64,000 bases of DNA from Nitrospinota bacterium. Its GTDB lineage: Bacteria > UBA8248. Both the position numbers and the translations under genes were made by a program. The notes below the pieces were generated by a model. That model was not told where the DNA came from. It did no database searches and was given only the letters and a program-made list of their open reading frames with translations. Of this stretch, positions 50,571 to 60,374 are shown piece by piece. Where the stretch lies: NCBI GenBank assembly GCA_036231405.1, contig JAZAHK010000002.1, positions 39,857 through 103,856 on the forward strand, read 5' to 3'. How positions within the stretch are numbered: the first letter of the stretch is position 1; each line of letters starts with the position of its first letter.

Positions 50571-52130
50571 TTAACATAGAAATTCTTGAATCTTTTTTGT
50601 AACTAATTTTTGTTGTTTGAAGTTTATCTCCGGAAAAAGGGGAAGGCTTAAAACCTGTTTAGATATAATTTCCGTATTTGGTAATGTAGAGTTGTTTTTT
50701 ATATTTTCAAATGCGGGTTGTAAGTGAAGTGGAATAGGATAGTGTATCCCAGCAAAAATTTTATTTTCTCTTAGAAAGTTGATTAACTCATCTCTTTTGT
50801 TTTCATGCACCCTGATAACATAAAGATGGTATACGTGATAATAATCATCTGTAGAGATCGGACATATAACTTGGTCTACTTTTTTAAGTAATTCATTATA
50901 TTTCTCTGCAGCTTTTCTTCGTTTGATAGTCCATTCTTCTAAATATTTTAGTTTTACTCTAAGTATAGAACATTGAATAGCGTCTAGCCTGCTGCTCCAT
51001 CCGTAGATAGTATGTTCGTATTTATTAGTCCTTCCATGGTCTTTCAATAATCTTATTTTTTTTGCTAACTCAGAGTCGTTCGTCGCGAATCCACCGCCAT
51101 CACCAAAAGCGCCTAAATTTTTCCCAGGATAGAAACTAAATGCAGTGCCATCGCAGAGTGAAGAAATATCCCGGAATTTATTGTTGATTCTGATTTTAGA
51201 TCCGTGAGATTGCGCTCCATCACCAATTAGAGTGAGATTGTTCTCTTTTGCGATTGGTATTAATTTTTCGATTTCTGCTGGATGACCATATAGGTGAACG
51301 GGCAGTATAGACTTTATTGAAGTATTACTTTCTTTGTGAATTAGAGAGCCATCGTCTTTTTTAAAACACTGTTCTTGAATAAATTTTTCTAAAGATTCTA
51401 TAGAAATACAATAGTTTTTTGGATTAATATCGATAAAAAATGGTACTCCCCCGCACATGATAATAGATTCGGCAGTTGCAAAAAATGTGTGAGAAACAGT
51501 TAATACACCATCTCCTTTTTTTATTCCAAGTGCTCGTAAACCTAAATGAATTGCATCTGTTCCACTTCCTGTAGTAATAAAATGTTTTACATTGCAAAAA
51601 TTGGCAAATTCTTCTTCAAATTTAAGTACTTCTTCACCCATTACAAAATTAGAACGTGAAATAGTATTGGAAATAGCTTCGTTAATTTCAAATGAAATTG
51701 AAGAGTATTGCCCTATTAAGTCAACTAGTGGAACATCCTCTTTCTTTTTCAATTCGCTAATTTCTGATAGCTCTATTGCGTTAAGTCCTGACTTTTTCCA
51801 AGCTCCCTTTTCAAGTGTTAAGATAAAAGCTTGATTGATGTTATTGCAAATTCGTATTTCATCGTTTTTAATGTCGCTTATTTCTTTTTTTTCTAAATAT
51901 TTAATCAAGCTATTGGGTTTTAAATTACAAATAGTAGCAGATGCGATTATTTTTTTTGCCCAGTCAGGGGTGTTTTCAATGCTAGATTTTATCAGTATGA
52001 AGTTAGAAGACCATAATTCGTATTTGTCATCTTGCAATTTCTGAATTAATTCTTCTGCATCCAATTCTGTGTAAGAATTGTTGAAAAAAAAATCGATTAC
52101 TTCTCCAGAAATAAATAGTCTCGTACTCAT
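50571..52130 (-). CDS. DegT/DnrJ/EryC1/StrS sugar aminotransferase with ~130-aa N-terminal extra (PIN-like) domain
   Basis: VPLVDL starts at residue 133, SGTDA, PVHLYG, DGAQSHG, SFYPGKNLGAFGDGG (PLP Lys), IHYPIPLH. Confidence 0.92.
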   Translation of the reverse strand: MSTRLFISGEVIDFFFNNSYTELDAEELIQKLQDDKYELWSSNFILIKSSIENTPDWAKKIIASATICNLKPNSLIKYLEKKEISDIKNDEIRICNNINQAFILTLEKGAWKKSGLNAIELSEISELKKKEDVPLVDLIGQYSSISFEINEAISNTISRSNFVMGEEVLKFEEEFANFCNVKHFITTGSGTDAIHLGLRALGIKKGDGVLTVSHTFFATAESIIMCGGVPFFIDINPKNYCISIESLEKFIQEQCFKKDDGSLIHKESNTSIKSILPVHLYGHPAEIEKLIPIAKENNLTLIGDGAQSHGSKIRINNKFRDISSLCDGTAFSFYPGKNLGAFGDGGGFATNDSELAKKIRLLKDHGRTNKYEHTIYGWSSRLDAIQCSILRVKLKYLEEWTIKRRKAAEKYNELLKKVDQVICPISTDDYYHVYHLYVIRVHENKRDELINFLRENKIFAGIHYPIPLHLQPAFENIKNNSTLPNTEIISKQVLSLPLFPEINFKQQKLVTKKIQEFLC

Positions 52131-52136
52131 TAAATA

Positions 52137-53153
52137 TCACCTTAGTTTTACAGGAGTTCCATTTTTCGAAGCAGATTTATCCATTGCTTCAAGAATTTTC
52201 AAGACCTGTATAGCTTTTTTGGGATTTGATAAACAATTTTCTTTTTCATTTATGCAATCTATGAAATGTTCACACTCGATTCTAAGTGGTTCTTCAAAGT
52301 TTATTTCAGGAGTAAAAACATTTCCTTCTTTGCTTAATAATTGGAACTGAATAAAATCTTCAAAATTTAAAGAATTCTTTCCTTTTTTTCCGAATCCCTT
52401 GTCGTAAATGTTATTTTTTGAATCTAAGGAAGTATCATCATAAACTAGCATTTTCCTTGTTCCTACGATAGTTGCGCCTCTTGTCTTGGTTGGATTAATC
52501 CAACTCGAGTGAATATATGCAGTAAGATTTTTCTTGAATGTAAGAGAGGTAAACGCAATGTCTAGTACCCCTTTTTTTAATTGTGAAATACCATGAGTTC
52601 TTATTTCAGTTGGCATTTGGTCGAAAAGGTATAAGATAATTGAAATATCATGGGGAGCTAGATTCCAGTTAACATCAACGTCCGAACGAACAATGCCGAA
52701 ATTTAATCTTTGTGTGAAAATATAGAAAACCTCACCTAATTCTCCTGATTCTATATATTCCTTTATCTTCCTCACTGCTTCGTTATATAGGAATGTAAAT
52801 CCAGCCATAAGTGTCAACTTGTTTTTTTTTGCTAAGTTAGCAAGTTTGCTAGCATCTTTGGAACTAAGAGTGAAGGGTTTTTCTATCAGGACGTGTTTTC
52901 GTGCTGTTAGTGCTTTTGTAGCTATTTGGTAGTGAAATTTAGGTGGAGCAGATATTACAAATGCATCAATTTCTTTGTCCAAAATAGCTTCTTCTATATT
53001 TGGATAGGAAGTGTTTAAAGAATATTTTTTCTTGACTTGGGAAACAATCTTCTTGTCAGTATCAACAATGGAATGTAAACATCCTATTTCTGACAAGTTA
53101 CGACATAAGTGTTTTCCCCAGTACCCGACTCCGACTAAACAAACGTTTCGCAT
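52137..53153 (-). CDS. Gfo/Idh/MocA NAD-dependent sugar oxidoreductase (WlbA/WbpB-like)
   Basis: GVGYWGKHL, IEKP, WNLAPHD, EPLRIECEHF; adjacent to aminotransferase. Confidence 0.88.
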   Translation of the reverse strand: MRNVCLVGVGYWGKHLCRNLSEIGCLHSIVDTDKKIVSQVKKKYSLNTSYPNIEEAILDKEIDAFVISAPPKFHYQIATKALTARKHVLIEKPFTLSSKDASKLANLAKKNKLTLMAGFTFLYNEAVRKIKEYIESGELGEVFYIFTQRLNFGIVRSDVDVNWNLAPHDISIILYLFDQMPTEIRTHGISQLKKGVLDIAFTSLTFKKNLTAYIHSSWINPTKTRGATIVGTRKMLVYDDTSLDSKNNIYDKGFGKKGKNSLNFEDFIQFQLLSKEGNVFTPEINFEEPLRIECEHFIDCINEKENCLSNPKKAIQVLKILEAMDKSASKNGTPVKLR

Positions 53154-53285
53154 CTTTTTCTCAGTATCAGTTAAAATAAGTTAAATTCGAGTGATAATAA
53201 TCAAATTTTTATTATGTTACATAAATATTTTTTTTGTTGGTAGGCAAAATGCAGAAAGTTCATTGTTTGTTGAAATAGTTTGAGG

Positions 53286-54833
53286 TTATGGATGATTATA
53301 GAAAAAGAACTTTAGTTTTCTTGCAATTATTTTTTTTTCTTCTTTCTTGAGCCAGATTTGGCAAGTTCCAAAAGCTACTAAAATCAATGTGCATATAAGA
53401 GTTGTAAGTATACGAAGTGGTGTGTTGAGGTTTGTGAAATGATTTATTACCCATGAAATAAGTAGCGAAGGAATTCCTAGTGATAAAATACCGGCCCATA
53501 AATTTATTATGAATTTCTTGAAGTTTTCGTTTGTTAGGAGGCATGTTTTTTTTATTATCCAAAAATAACAACAAATAAATTCTCCAATTATTAATGCGAT
53601 AACTAGTCCATGAAGTTTGTGAGATTTTATTAAAAATAGGGCTAAAATTAATCCAATAAAACTTGAAAACAATTGCAATTTAGCAATTTGTTTGTGTTTG
53701 TTAGCCGCTTTTAAAAGTAGAGCGCTCGACATCCAAGGAGTCTGAAAAAGTATATATAACATCAAAAGTCTGAATAGGATTAAGTCTGGTTGGATTTTGT
53801 TTTTTGTCCAAAATGAGATGACATTGCTCCCTTCATACCAAAGGGTTGAGATAAAGATGATACATAATGAAGTTGAAATACAAACGATTAATCTATGAGA
53901 TCTCTGGAGTTTCTCCTGTTCGTCCAAAATTTCCATTTTTGTTATTTCTGGCCACAATGGCATTAGAAAAGAACGAGTAAATTGTCTAATTAAATTTGCT
54001 AATGTCCTGCTTACGACAAATAGAGCTACAAAAGCGCCACCAAGTTCTATTGAAATCAAAATTACGCTTCCTTGATGAAGTAGGACTAGCGAAAAGTCTA
54101 GAAGGAAGAAGTAAATCCCATGGGGTAACATTTTATATAGGACTTTTAAGGAAGTTTTCTTGATTCCCGGGGATAGGTTAGGGAATCTTCTTTTGATATC
54201 CCAAACAGCAAAGAAAACTAAAAAGGTTGCAACCGTTTGACTTGTCGCAACTGTGATAATGTCTCCTCCTAACAGAAGTACAGTTGGAATAAGTCCAATA
54301 GAGATAAACTGTCTTGCATTAGCGAACCATTGAGAAGTTGAAAAATTTCCATTTGTCCTATAAATCGCTGTAACCATGCCTGCTGGCAATGCCCATAAGA
54401 CCTGGATTGACAATAAAAAGAAGACCCATCTAGTTTCGATAGGACTTATTTCTCTGAATCCGAGGATTTTCTGAACAGGTAAAAAAAACAAAATCGGAAT
54501 CAAAATCAGTGTAACCATTATTGAAATTGACAAGAAAAGTACGAAAGACGAATGTAGATAAAGACGATATTCTTCTGTTTTATTTAATGAAAATAACTGA
54601 GTGAGTTTATTTATTATTGCTAATCTTATACCAGGATCAAATGAAGTAAGATAAGCAGTTAAAGAAAAAATAGTGAGCCATTCCCCATATTTTGTGGGTG
54701 ACCAGTAAGTAAGAAAGATTGGAACGAGAAGGAAGTTGCCTATTGTGAGGACAATTTGACCGAAAAAAACTGAAACAACTCCGCTTCGTAATCGACTAAA
54801 AAATGATTTTGTTTTTTCTAGCTCTATTTCCAT
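53286..54833 (-). CDS. wzx: Polysaccharide flippase (Wzx/MOP family)
   Basis: Roughly 12-14 hydrophobic segments, VPIFLTYW..YGEW motif, first gene of the glycan block; GAGG RBS. Confidence 0.78.
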   Translation of the reverse strand: MEIELEKTKSFFSRLRSGVVSVFFGQIVLTIGNFLLVPIFLTYWSPTKYGEWLTIFSLTAYLTSFDPGIRLAIINKLTQLFSLNKTEEYRLYLHSSFVLFLSISIMVTLILIPILFFLPVQKILGFREISPIETRWVFFLLSIQVLWALPAGMVTAIYRTNGNFSTSQWFANARQFISIGLIPTVLLLGGDIITVATSQTVATFLVFFAVWDIKRRFPNLSPGIKKTSLKVLYKMLPHGIYFFLLDFSLVLLHQGSVILISIELGGAFVALFVVSRTLANLIRQFTRSFLMPLWPEITKMEILDEQEKLQRSHRLIVCISTSLCIIFISTLWYEGSNVISFWTKNKIQPDLILFRLLMLYILFQTPWMSSALLLKAANKHKQIAKLQLFSSFIGLILALFLIKSHKLHGLVIALIIGEFICCYFWIIKKTCLLTNENFKKFIINLWAGILSLGIPSLLISWVINHFTNLNTPLRILTTLICTLILVAFGTCQIWLKKEEKKIIARKLKFFFYNHP

Positions 54834-54973
54834 GTTCCTCTGACTCTGTTATTAGAAATTTTATGATAGAGTAAAAAGGTTTGAAGCAAAAGAAATTAAA
54901 TTTAGTTTCCAATTATAAACAATTTTTTATGTTTATGTTTTGTCTTCTTAAATTTTTTTAGGGTCTTAATATT

Positions 54974-56539
54974 ATGGTCTGGAATGGTTGGAATTTTCTT
55001 ATTCCAACAGATACAAAAATAGTTTTAGAGATTGGCAATTTTCCGCATATTTCTAACTTAGAACTAGAAAGTTCTGATTGGATGAAGATTGTTTTCCCTT
55101 CAGATTGTAGAGAGATTTCTGAATTTGAAAAGTTTGAAAAATTCCTTAGAGATATCAGACCTAGAGGGGCAATTTTAGATTGTATCTTGATTAATGCGGA
55201 TTCTTTGAAGGAATTGGGAATAATAACAATAATAGAAGAATGTGAATCACTACTTAGCCCTAGTGGGAAGATATTTGTTTATTCTAAAAAAGGAACTTCG
55301 CCAGTAAATAAGCTCGATTTTATTTCATTAGAGAAGTTCAATTTTCAAGAATTTCATTTTCTAGGTTTCCCTCTGAGTAATGCCATACTTTTTTCTGAGA
55401 TTCATTCTAAAGAAGATAATGGAGATCATGCTTATATGAAATTTAAAGTAACTGAAAAATTACTAAAACATTTTCAGCAAATAAAATATAGAAGTAGGCG
55501 AGTTTATTATTTTTTATTTATCCTTAGAGTATTAAACTATTTTCGATTGTCGCGTATTTTTTTTCGTCAACAACTACTTGTATTTGTCAGAGAAAGTGGA
55601 CTTGGAAACTCTTCAGGAGAAAGAGAGCATGAACCATGGGTCTTTAAAAATATTAGTGTTTTGCCTACAAAAAGGAAAAATCTTGTTCCTGTATTTTCTG
55701 AAAATGGTGATTTAAGGTCTTTTTGTAAATATTCTTCAGGAAAGCAAGGAGAAGAAATAATTTCAAACGAAGTAAAAATCCTTAAATATTTAGCGAATTA
55801 TGAATTTCATACAGCGAAAGTCCCAAAAGTTCTCAACTTCAAGACTTGTTTGGCAAGATCCTTTCTGGAAATATCTTCAAAATCAGGATTGAAATATCCA
55901 AAAAAAATGAGTGATGCGCATGTTGACTGGTTAATTGAATTGTTTTCTAAAACTTCTACTTCAATTCCTTTTCACAAAAGTGAGTTCTTCTCTGAAATTC
56001 AAGAGAAACTAAAAGTAATTAATCATTACTTTAAAGAGGAAAGTAATATCTGGCTGAATCAATTATGCGAGGAGATGGTAGCCGTTATTGATGATTTAAA
56101 TTTGCCTTTTGGTGTCGTCCAAAGGGAATTCCCCTTCTACCATGCAAATATGATAGGTGGTTCAGAAAAAATGTTTGTGTTTGACTGGGAGTTCGGTCGT
56201 GTTAATTATCCACCTTTGTTTGATTTGTTCCACTGTTTGTTAAGTGACAAATATATTTCTGGGGCTGGAAATGTCCTGTTTCCCGATCGAGTCACTAAAA
56301 CACTGTTTGATTCCAAACAATCTCAAGTGTTTATTAAAAGATATCTTGAAGGTTTAAATTTATCTTCTAAGATAGTTTATCCTCTTTTCATTCTTTTTTT
56401 GATTGATCAACTTGCTTGCTATCTTCCTTTTGTTGACGAGTTAGAAGAAGTTAGAGGACATTGGGATGCTTTGCAGAAACTGAAAAATAAGAGTAGTTTT
56501 TCTTTGGAAAAATTGACATCTACTGTTTCTGTTCGATGA
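54974..56539 (+). CDS. Hypothetical protein: degenerate methyltransferase-like N-domain plus APH/kinase-like C-domain
   Basis: VLEIG, LDCILIN, LLSPSGKIFV in the N-half; FCKY, NEVKILKYL, VPKVL, FVFDWEFG, LFDLFH in the C-half. Confidence 0.5.
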   Translation: MVWNGWNFLIPTDTKIVLEIGNFPHISNLELESSDWMKIVFPSDCREISEFEKFEKFLRDIRPRGAILDCILINADSLKELGIITIIEECESLLSPSGKIFVYSKKGTSPVNKLDFISLEKFNFQEFHFLGFPLSNAILFSEIHSKEDNGDHAYMKFKVTEKLLKHFQQIKYRSRRVYYFLFILRVLNYFRLSRIFFRQQLLVFVRESGLGNSSGEREHEPWVFKNISVLPTKRKNLVPVFSENGDLRSFCKYSSGKQGEEIISNEVKILKYLANYEFHTAKVPKVLNFKTCLARSFLEISSKSGLKYPKKMSDAHVDWLIELFSKTSTSIPFHKSEFFSEIQEKLKVINHYFKEESNIWLNQLCEEMVAVIDDLNLPFGVVQREFPFYHANMIGGSEKMFVFDWEFGRVNYPPLFDLFHCLLSDKYISGAGNVLFPDRVTKTLFDSKQSQVFIKRYLEGLNLSSKIVYPLFILFLIDQLACYLPFVDELEEVRGHWDALQKLKNKSSFSLEKLTSTVSVR

Positions 56540-56593
56540 GAGTTGTAAAAAAAAAGAAAACTTTAAGACTTCTTATACGCGAGAGAGACTTTA

Positions 56594-57595
56594 GTGAAGA
56601 ATTTTAAACAAAATACAAATCAGATTGAAAGTACTAAAGTAGGGGTGATCGGGTTAGGAGATATTTCTACTAAGGTTCATTTGCCGATTCTTAGTGCGAG
56701 AAAAGATACTGAGATTGTTTGGTCTTTTGATATTAACGAAGATAATGCCAAGCATATAGCAAAAATATATGGCTTGCGTTTACTTTCCCCGAAAACTGCA
56801 TTAATCGATTTTCCTGAAGTTGATGTTATTTTAATGGCGATTCCACCGACACAGAGACAAACGTATCTCGATTTTTTCTTAAAAAGTAATACTTCTTTTT
56901 ATATAGAGAAACCATTTGCCTTTAGTGCTAGTGAACATGAGTTAATATGTGGCAAGTTTGCTCCTTTTAGACTTGGAAATGGTTTGCAATATAGATCGTG
57001 GGGAAGAACACTTTTGTTGAAAAAAATAATCGAGGAAAAGGTTTTCGGTAATTTGCTTAGTATCGAGTTAGGACAAGGTACTCCTTTATCTGGTTTTGGA
57101 GGAAGGAAAAGAAAGGATGTTGGAGGAGTTCTTTGGGATTTAGGAATACATGGTTTAGATATGATTTTTAACGTGACCAAAGCACGTTCTATTGAGATTC
57201 TAAAATCAGATATTTTTGAAGACAATAGTTTCGCTCTAGATGTTTCAGCCTCACTAAATTTGCACTTAGTGAATGAAAAGACAGTAACTTGTAAATGTCA
57301 TGTGAGTTGGATTAAAGAGACTATAGAAGGGTGCAAATTTAATTTTGAAAATGCAGAATTTAGATTGCCTTTTGATATCCAGTCTCCAGTCGAGATATTG
57401 TCCAAAAATAAAAATAAGGTTTTGAACATAAGTGAAGAAAGTCAAGAATATCCCTTGACGCCCCTGCAAACATTCTCTTCCCATTGGGATCATTTTCTAG
57501 ACGGAATTTCGAATCAGTCCTCGAATAGAACTTCTGCAGAAAATAGTCTTTTGACTACGCAAACAATTGAGAAAATTTTAGAAGGCAAAGTATAG
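56594..57595 (+). CDS. Gfo/Idh/MocA family oxidoreductase
   Basis: GVIGLGDIS, IEKP, WDLGIHGLD. Confidence 0.85.
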   Translation: MKNFKQNTNQIESTKVGVIGLGDISTKVHLPILSARKDTEIVWSFDINEDNAKHIAKIYGLRLLSPKTALIDFPEVDVILMAIPPTQRQTYLDFFLKSNTSFYIEKPFAFSASEHELICGKFAPFRLGNGLQYRSWGRTLLLKKIIEEKVFGNLLSIELGQGTPLSGFGGRKRKDVGGVLWDLGIHGLDMIFNVTKARSIEILKSDIFEDNSFALDVSASLNLHLVNEKTVTCKCHVSWIKETIEGCKFNFENAEFRLPFDIQSPVEILSKNKNKVLNISEESQEYPLTPLQTFSSHWDHFLDGISNQSSNRTSAENSLLTTQTIEKILEGKV

Positions 57596-57597
57596 CA

Positions 57598-58659
57598 ATG
57601 AAGAAAATAGGTGTTATTGGAGCAAATGGTCAGGTTGGTACAGAGGTATGTATTTATCTGTCAGAAATGGAGAATTTCGAAATCGTTCCTGTTTGCAGGT
57701 CAGATTCTAGCACTGCCTTTTTAAGGAAATTAGGTCTAAATTGTAAGGTTGGTAATATGGAAGATCCGGAACAAGCAAAGGAAATACTTAAGGATATAGA
57801 TATAGTGATAGATTTTTCCTACCCTAAAGGTACTGCCCTAAGAATGAGAGAAATGACGCGAAAGATTATCTCAAATGCACTTAGATATACTCCACTGGAT
57901 TCTTCTTTTATTTATATGAGTTCGATCGTTGCTTTTGGTGTTCATAGTTCAAGTCCGTGGGTCAGAAGACATGTATTCACGCATACTCCCTATAGTGCTC
58001 TTAAGAGATACGGTGAAAGGGTCACACGATTCATAGGTTTGTTGAATAGAAAGAAGGTTTATATCTTGCGACTTGGACAAGTACATGGAGAGATGCAATC
58101 TGTTGGGCGTAAAATGAGAAAGGAAATAGAAAATAAATATTTATCTCTTCCTTTTAGCGGGAATGTTCATTCTCCAACAGTTTTTTGTTCAACAATTTCA
58201 GAGGCTATCTGGTCAATTGCTACAGGGAAGGAAAAATCTGGTCGATATACTTTAGTTTCGAATCCAGAGCCTACATGGAGAGAATTATATGATTTTTATG
58301 CTAGAGAAGAAAAAAAGGATATACAGATTACTTCTTCAGGATATTTGGGTTATAGGAGTAATTTTTTTGATATGAAGTCTTCGGTTTTTTCTTTTGCGAA
58401 AAGAAATCGCGAGTTTATTGCTGCACAAATTTTGAAATTCTTTCCCAATCTGGAACTTCGTTTAAGTGGAAAATATTGGATAAAGAAAGCAGAGAATGAG
58501 ATCAATAAGAATCCAATTTTTGAAATAATAACGCCGAAAGTTTTTCTGGGAAGTCCTCCTGGGAAAAGATTAAAACACATTTTAAAAAGTGATTTGTCCA
58601 GAGAATCGGAATCTGAAACTGTCAAAAAAAGGTTGGAAAAACTTTTTTCTGAAGACTGA
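57598..58659 (+). CDS. NAD-dependent epimerase/dehydratase family protein
   Basis: GVIGANGQVG, YMSS, YSALK, LRLGQVHG. Confidence 0.8.
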   Translation: MKKIGVIGANGQVGTEVCIYLSEMENFEIVPVCRSDSSTAFLRKLGLNCKVGNMEDPEQAKEILKDIDIVIDFSYPKGTALRMREMTRKIISNALRYTPLDSSFIYMSSIVAFGVHSSSPWVRRHVFTHTPYSALKRYGERVTRFIGLLNRKKVYILRLGQVHGEMQSVGRKMRKEIENKYLSLPFSGNVHSPTVFCSTISEAIWSIATGKEKSGRYTLVSNPEPTWRELYDFYAREEKKDIQITSSGYLGYRSNFFDMKSSVFSFAKRNREFIAAQILKFFPNLELRLSGKYWIKKAENEINKNPIFEIITPKVFLGSPPGKRLKHILKSDLSRESESETVKKRLEKLFSED

Positions 58660-58678
58660 TCATCTGTTATTTTGTGAA

Positions 58679-59572
58679 TTAATTTTCTATAATATTTTCA
58701 AAATTATTACCTAAAATCTTTTCTTTATTTCCCTCAGAGATTTTCAATCGGTCAATCCATCCTTTTATATGCCCGTAATCATATTTTCCGTCCTCCCCTG
58801 TGATTCCGTAAGGGCTGTCTGTGCCAAAAAGACATTTTTCTGGACCAAGTGTAGATACCACTTTTTTTGTAAAATTTTCAGATAAATGAGCACTTGAAAG
58901 ATCGACATAAGCATATTTATGTTTTTGTATGAGGGGCCATATACTCTTATAAAAAGGTAATCCTGCATGAGCGAAAATAATTTTCAAACTAGGGAAAGTT
59001 TCAACAAGCCATTTAAAATCACCTTGATCACCGAATCCCATGTGTATTAGTAGTGGCAAATTTAATTTTTCTGCCCTTCTAGCAGTGCTCTCTAAATCTT
59101 TGAGAGGAAATTGGTGCCAGTAAGGATGAACTTTAACGCCAATCATCCCCTTAATGGACCTCCATTTATCAATCTCATCTTCCGGGGAAGAGTGAACTTT
59201 TGGATTTATGAAAATCCATCCTAAAAACCTTTCTGGATATCTTTCTAGAGCAGTTGCTACACTCTGATTGTCAGGGACGATCGTCTTAGTGTACCCCTTT
59301 TTGTTGTCGGTAAAAAAAGACCATATTGGGCGTAATGTCCCTTTTGAATCATAAAAAGTGAGACTTACTAAAGACGTAATTGTACGTAGAATATTAGAGT
59401 TCATCATTTGTCTTTGGATGCCGAGAAGAAGTTCTGATTTGTCTGGTTCAAGAGTTTCTGTTATGCGGGCAATTAGGGCAGTTTTCTCTATTCCTTGTTC
59501 ATCCATTTTCCTGATCTGGTCTTCTAAGCTTAGGGCTCTTTCATCTAAATGAGCGTGGCAGTCTATGATCAT
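58679..59572 (-). CDS. Amidohydrolase family 2 protein
   Basis: IIDCHAH, GVKVHP, IHMG, FAHAG, FGTDSPY metal-binding motifs. Confidence 0.85.
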   Translation of the reverse strand: MIIDCHAHLDERALSLEDQIRKMDEQGIEKTALIARITETLEPDKSELLLGIQRQMMNSNILRTITSLVSLTFYDSKGTLRPIWSFFTDNKKGYTKTIVPDNQSVATALERYPERFLGWIFINPKVHSSPEDEIDKWRSIKGMIGVKVHPYWHQFPLKDLESTARRAEKLNLPLLIHMGFGDQGDFKWLVETFPSLKIIFAHAGLPFYKSIWPLIQKHKYAYVDLSSAHLSENFTKKVVSTLGPEKCLFGTDSPYGITGEDGKYDYGHIKGWIDRLKISEGNKEKILGNNFENIIEN

Positions 59573-59599
59573 ATTGGTCCCTTCTTAGAACAATTAAAA

Positions 59600-60343
59600 T
59601 TATTTGTAATCCCTATATTGGTTCATCATTCTAGAAAACATTCTGTCTGTAAAAACTCTAAAGAGGCCAATTAAAATTCTAGGAATTATTGGAATAGATT
59701 TGCATGCTTTTTTTCTCGAGATGGTTTTTATAATACTATCAGCAGCTTTTGATGGAGAAATTTTAAAGGGACTGCTTGAATTTGCTCCCATCCCTGTATC
59801 TACTGCCCCCAAATGAATTGTAGTAAAAGTGATTCCCTGGTCTGTATATCTTCCTCTTAAGGATTCAAAGGATTTTGATAATGCGGACTTGCTAGCGGAA
59901 TACCCTATCCATCTAGAGTCGCCGCGATATGCATTAAGTGATGATATTGCTGCGAATTGACCTTTTTTTCTCTCTAGGAAATATGGCATGAAAATTTCAA
60001 TACAGCGTAGGGCCCCAAGATAATTTATTTGGATAGTCTCTTCAATTTCATCTATGGAAAAGGAATTCTTGTTCGCCTCTGGGTTAATTCCAGCATTTAA
60101 AATAACAATATCTGGGATGAAATTGTTATTTTCCATTTCTGTTTTTGTTTCATCTATCTGTGCTGGGCTAGAAATATCGCAGACCGAAAAAAGAAAATTA
60201 TCTTTTCCGAGTTCTTCTGAAAGTGTGTATAGTTCAGCCTGTCTTCTTGCAATACCCCAAACTTCATGACCGCTTGCTACATATTGTTTGGTGAGTTCGC
60301 GTCCTAGTCCTGAAGAAACCCCTGTAATGAAAATTTTTAACAC
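59600..60343 (-). CDS. Short-chain dehydrogenase/reductase
   Basis: ITGVSSGLG, NAG, ISS, YSASK. Confidence 0.9.
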   Translation of the reverse strand: MLKIFITGVSSGLGRELTKQYVASGHEVWGIARRQAELYTLSEELGKDNFLFSVCDISSPAQIDETKTEMENNNFIPDIVILNAGINPEANKNSFSIDEIEETIQINYLGALRCIEIFMPYFLERKKGQFAAISSLNAYRGDSRWIGYSASKSALSKSFESLRGRYTDQGITFTTIHLGAVDTGMGANSSSPFKISPSKAADSIIKTISRKKACKSIPIIPRILIGLFRVFTDRMFSRMMNQYRDYK

Positions 60344-60374
60344 TTATTTTTAATCTCAAATTGATTTAATTGTA

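Noticed and set aside
36100-52130. AbrB-domain gene and PIN-like domain as a split VapBC pair
   Set aside because: About 15 kb apart in unrelated operons, and the PIN-like domain appears catalytically degenerate.
53195-53222. Possible dif site (TTATGTTACAT matches the XerD arm 10/11)
   Set aside because: The XerC-side arm (TAATAATCAAA) does not match and the region is extremely AT-rich, so a chance hit is likely.
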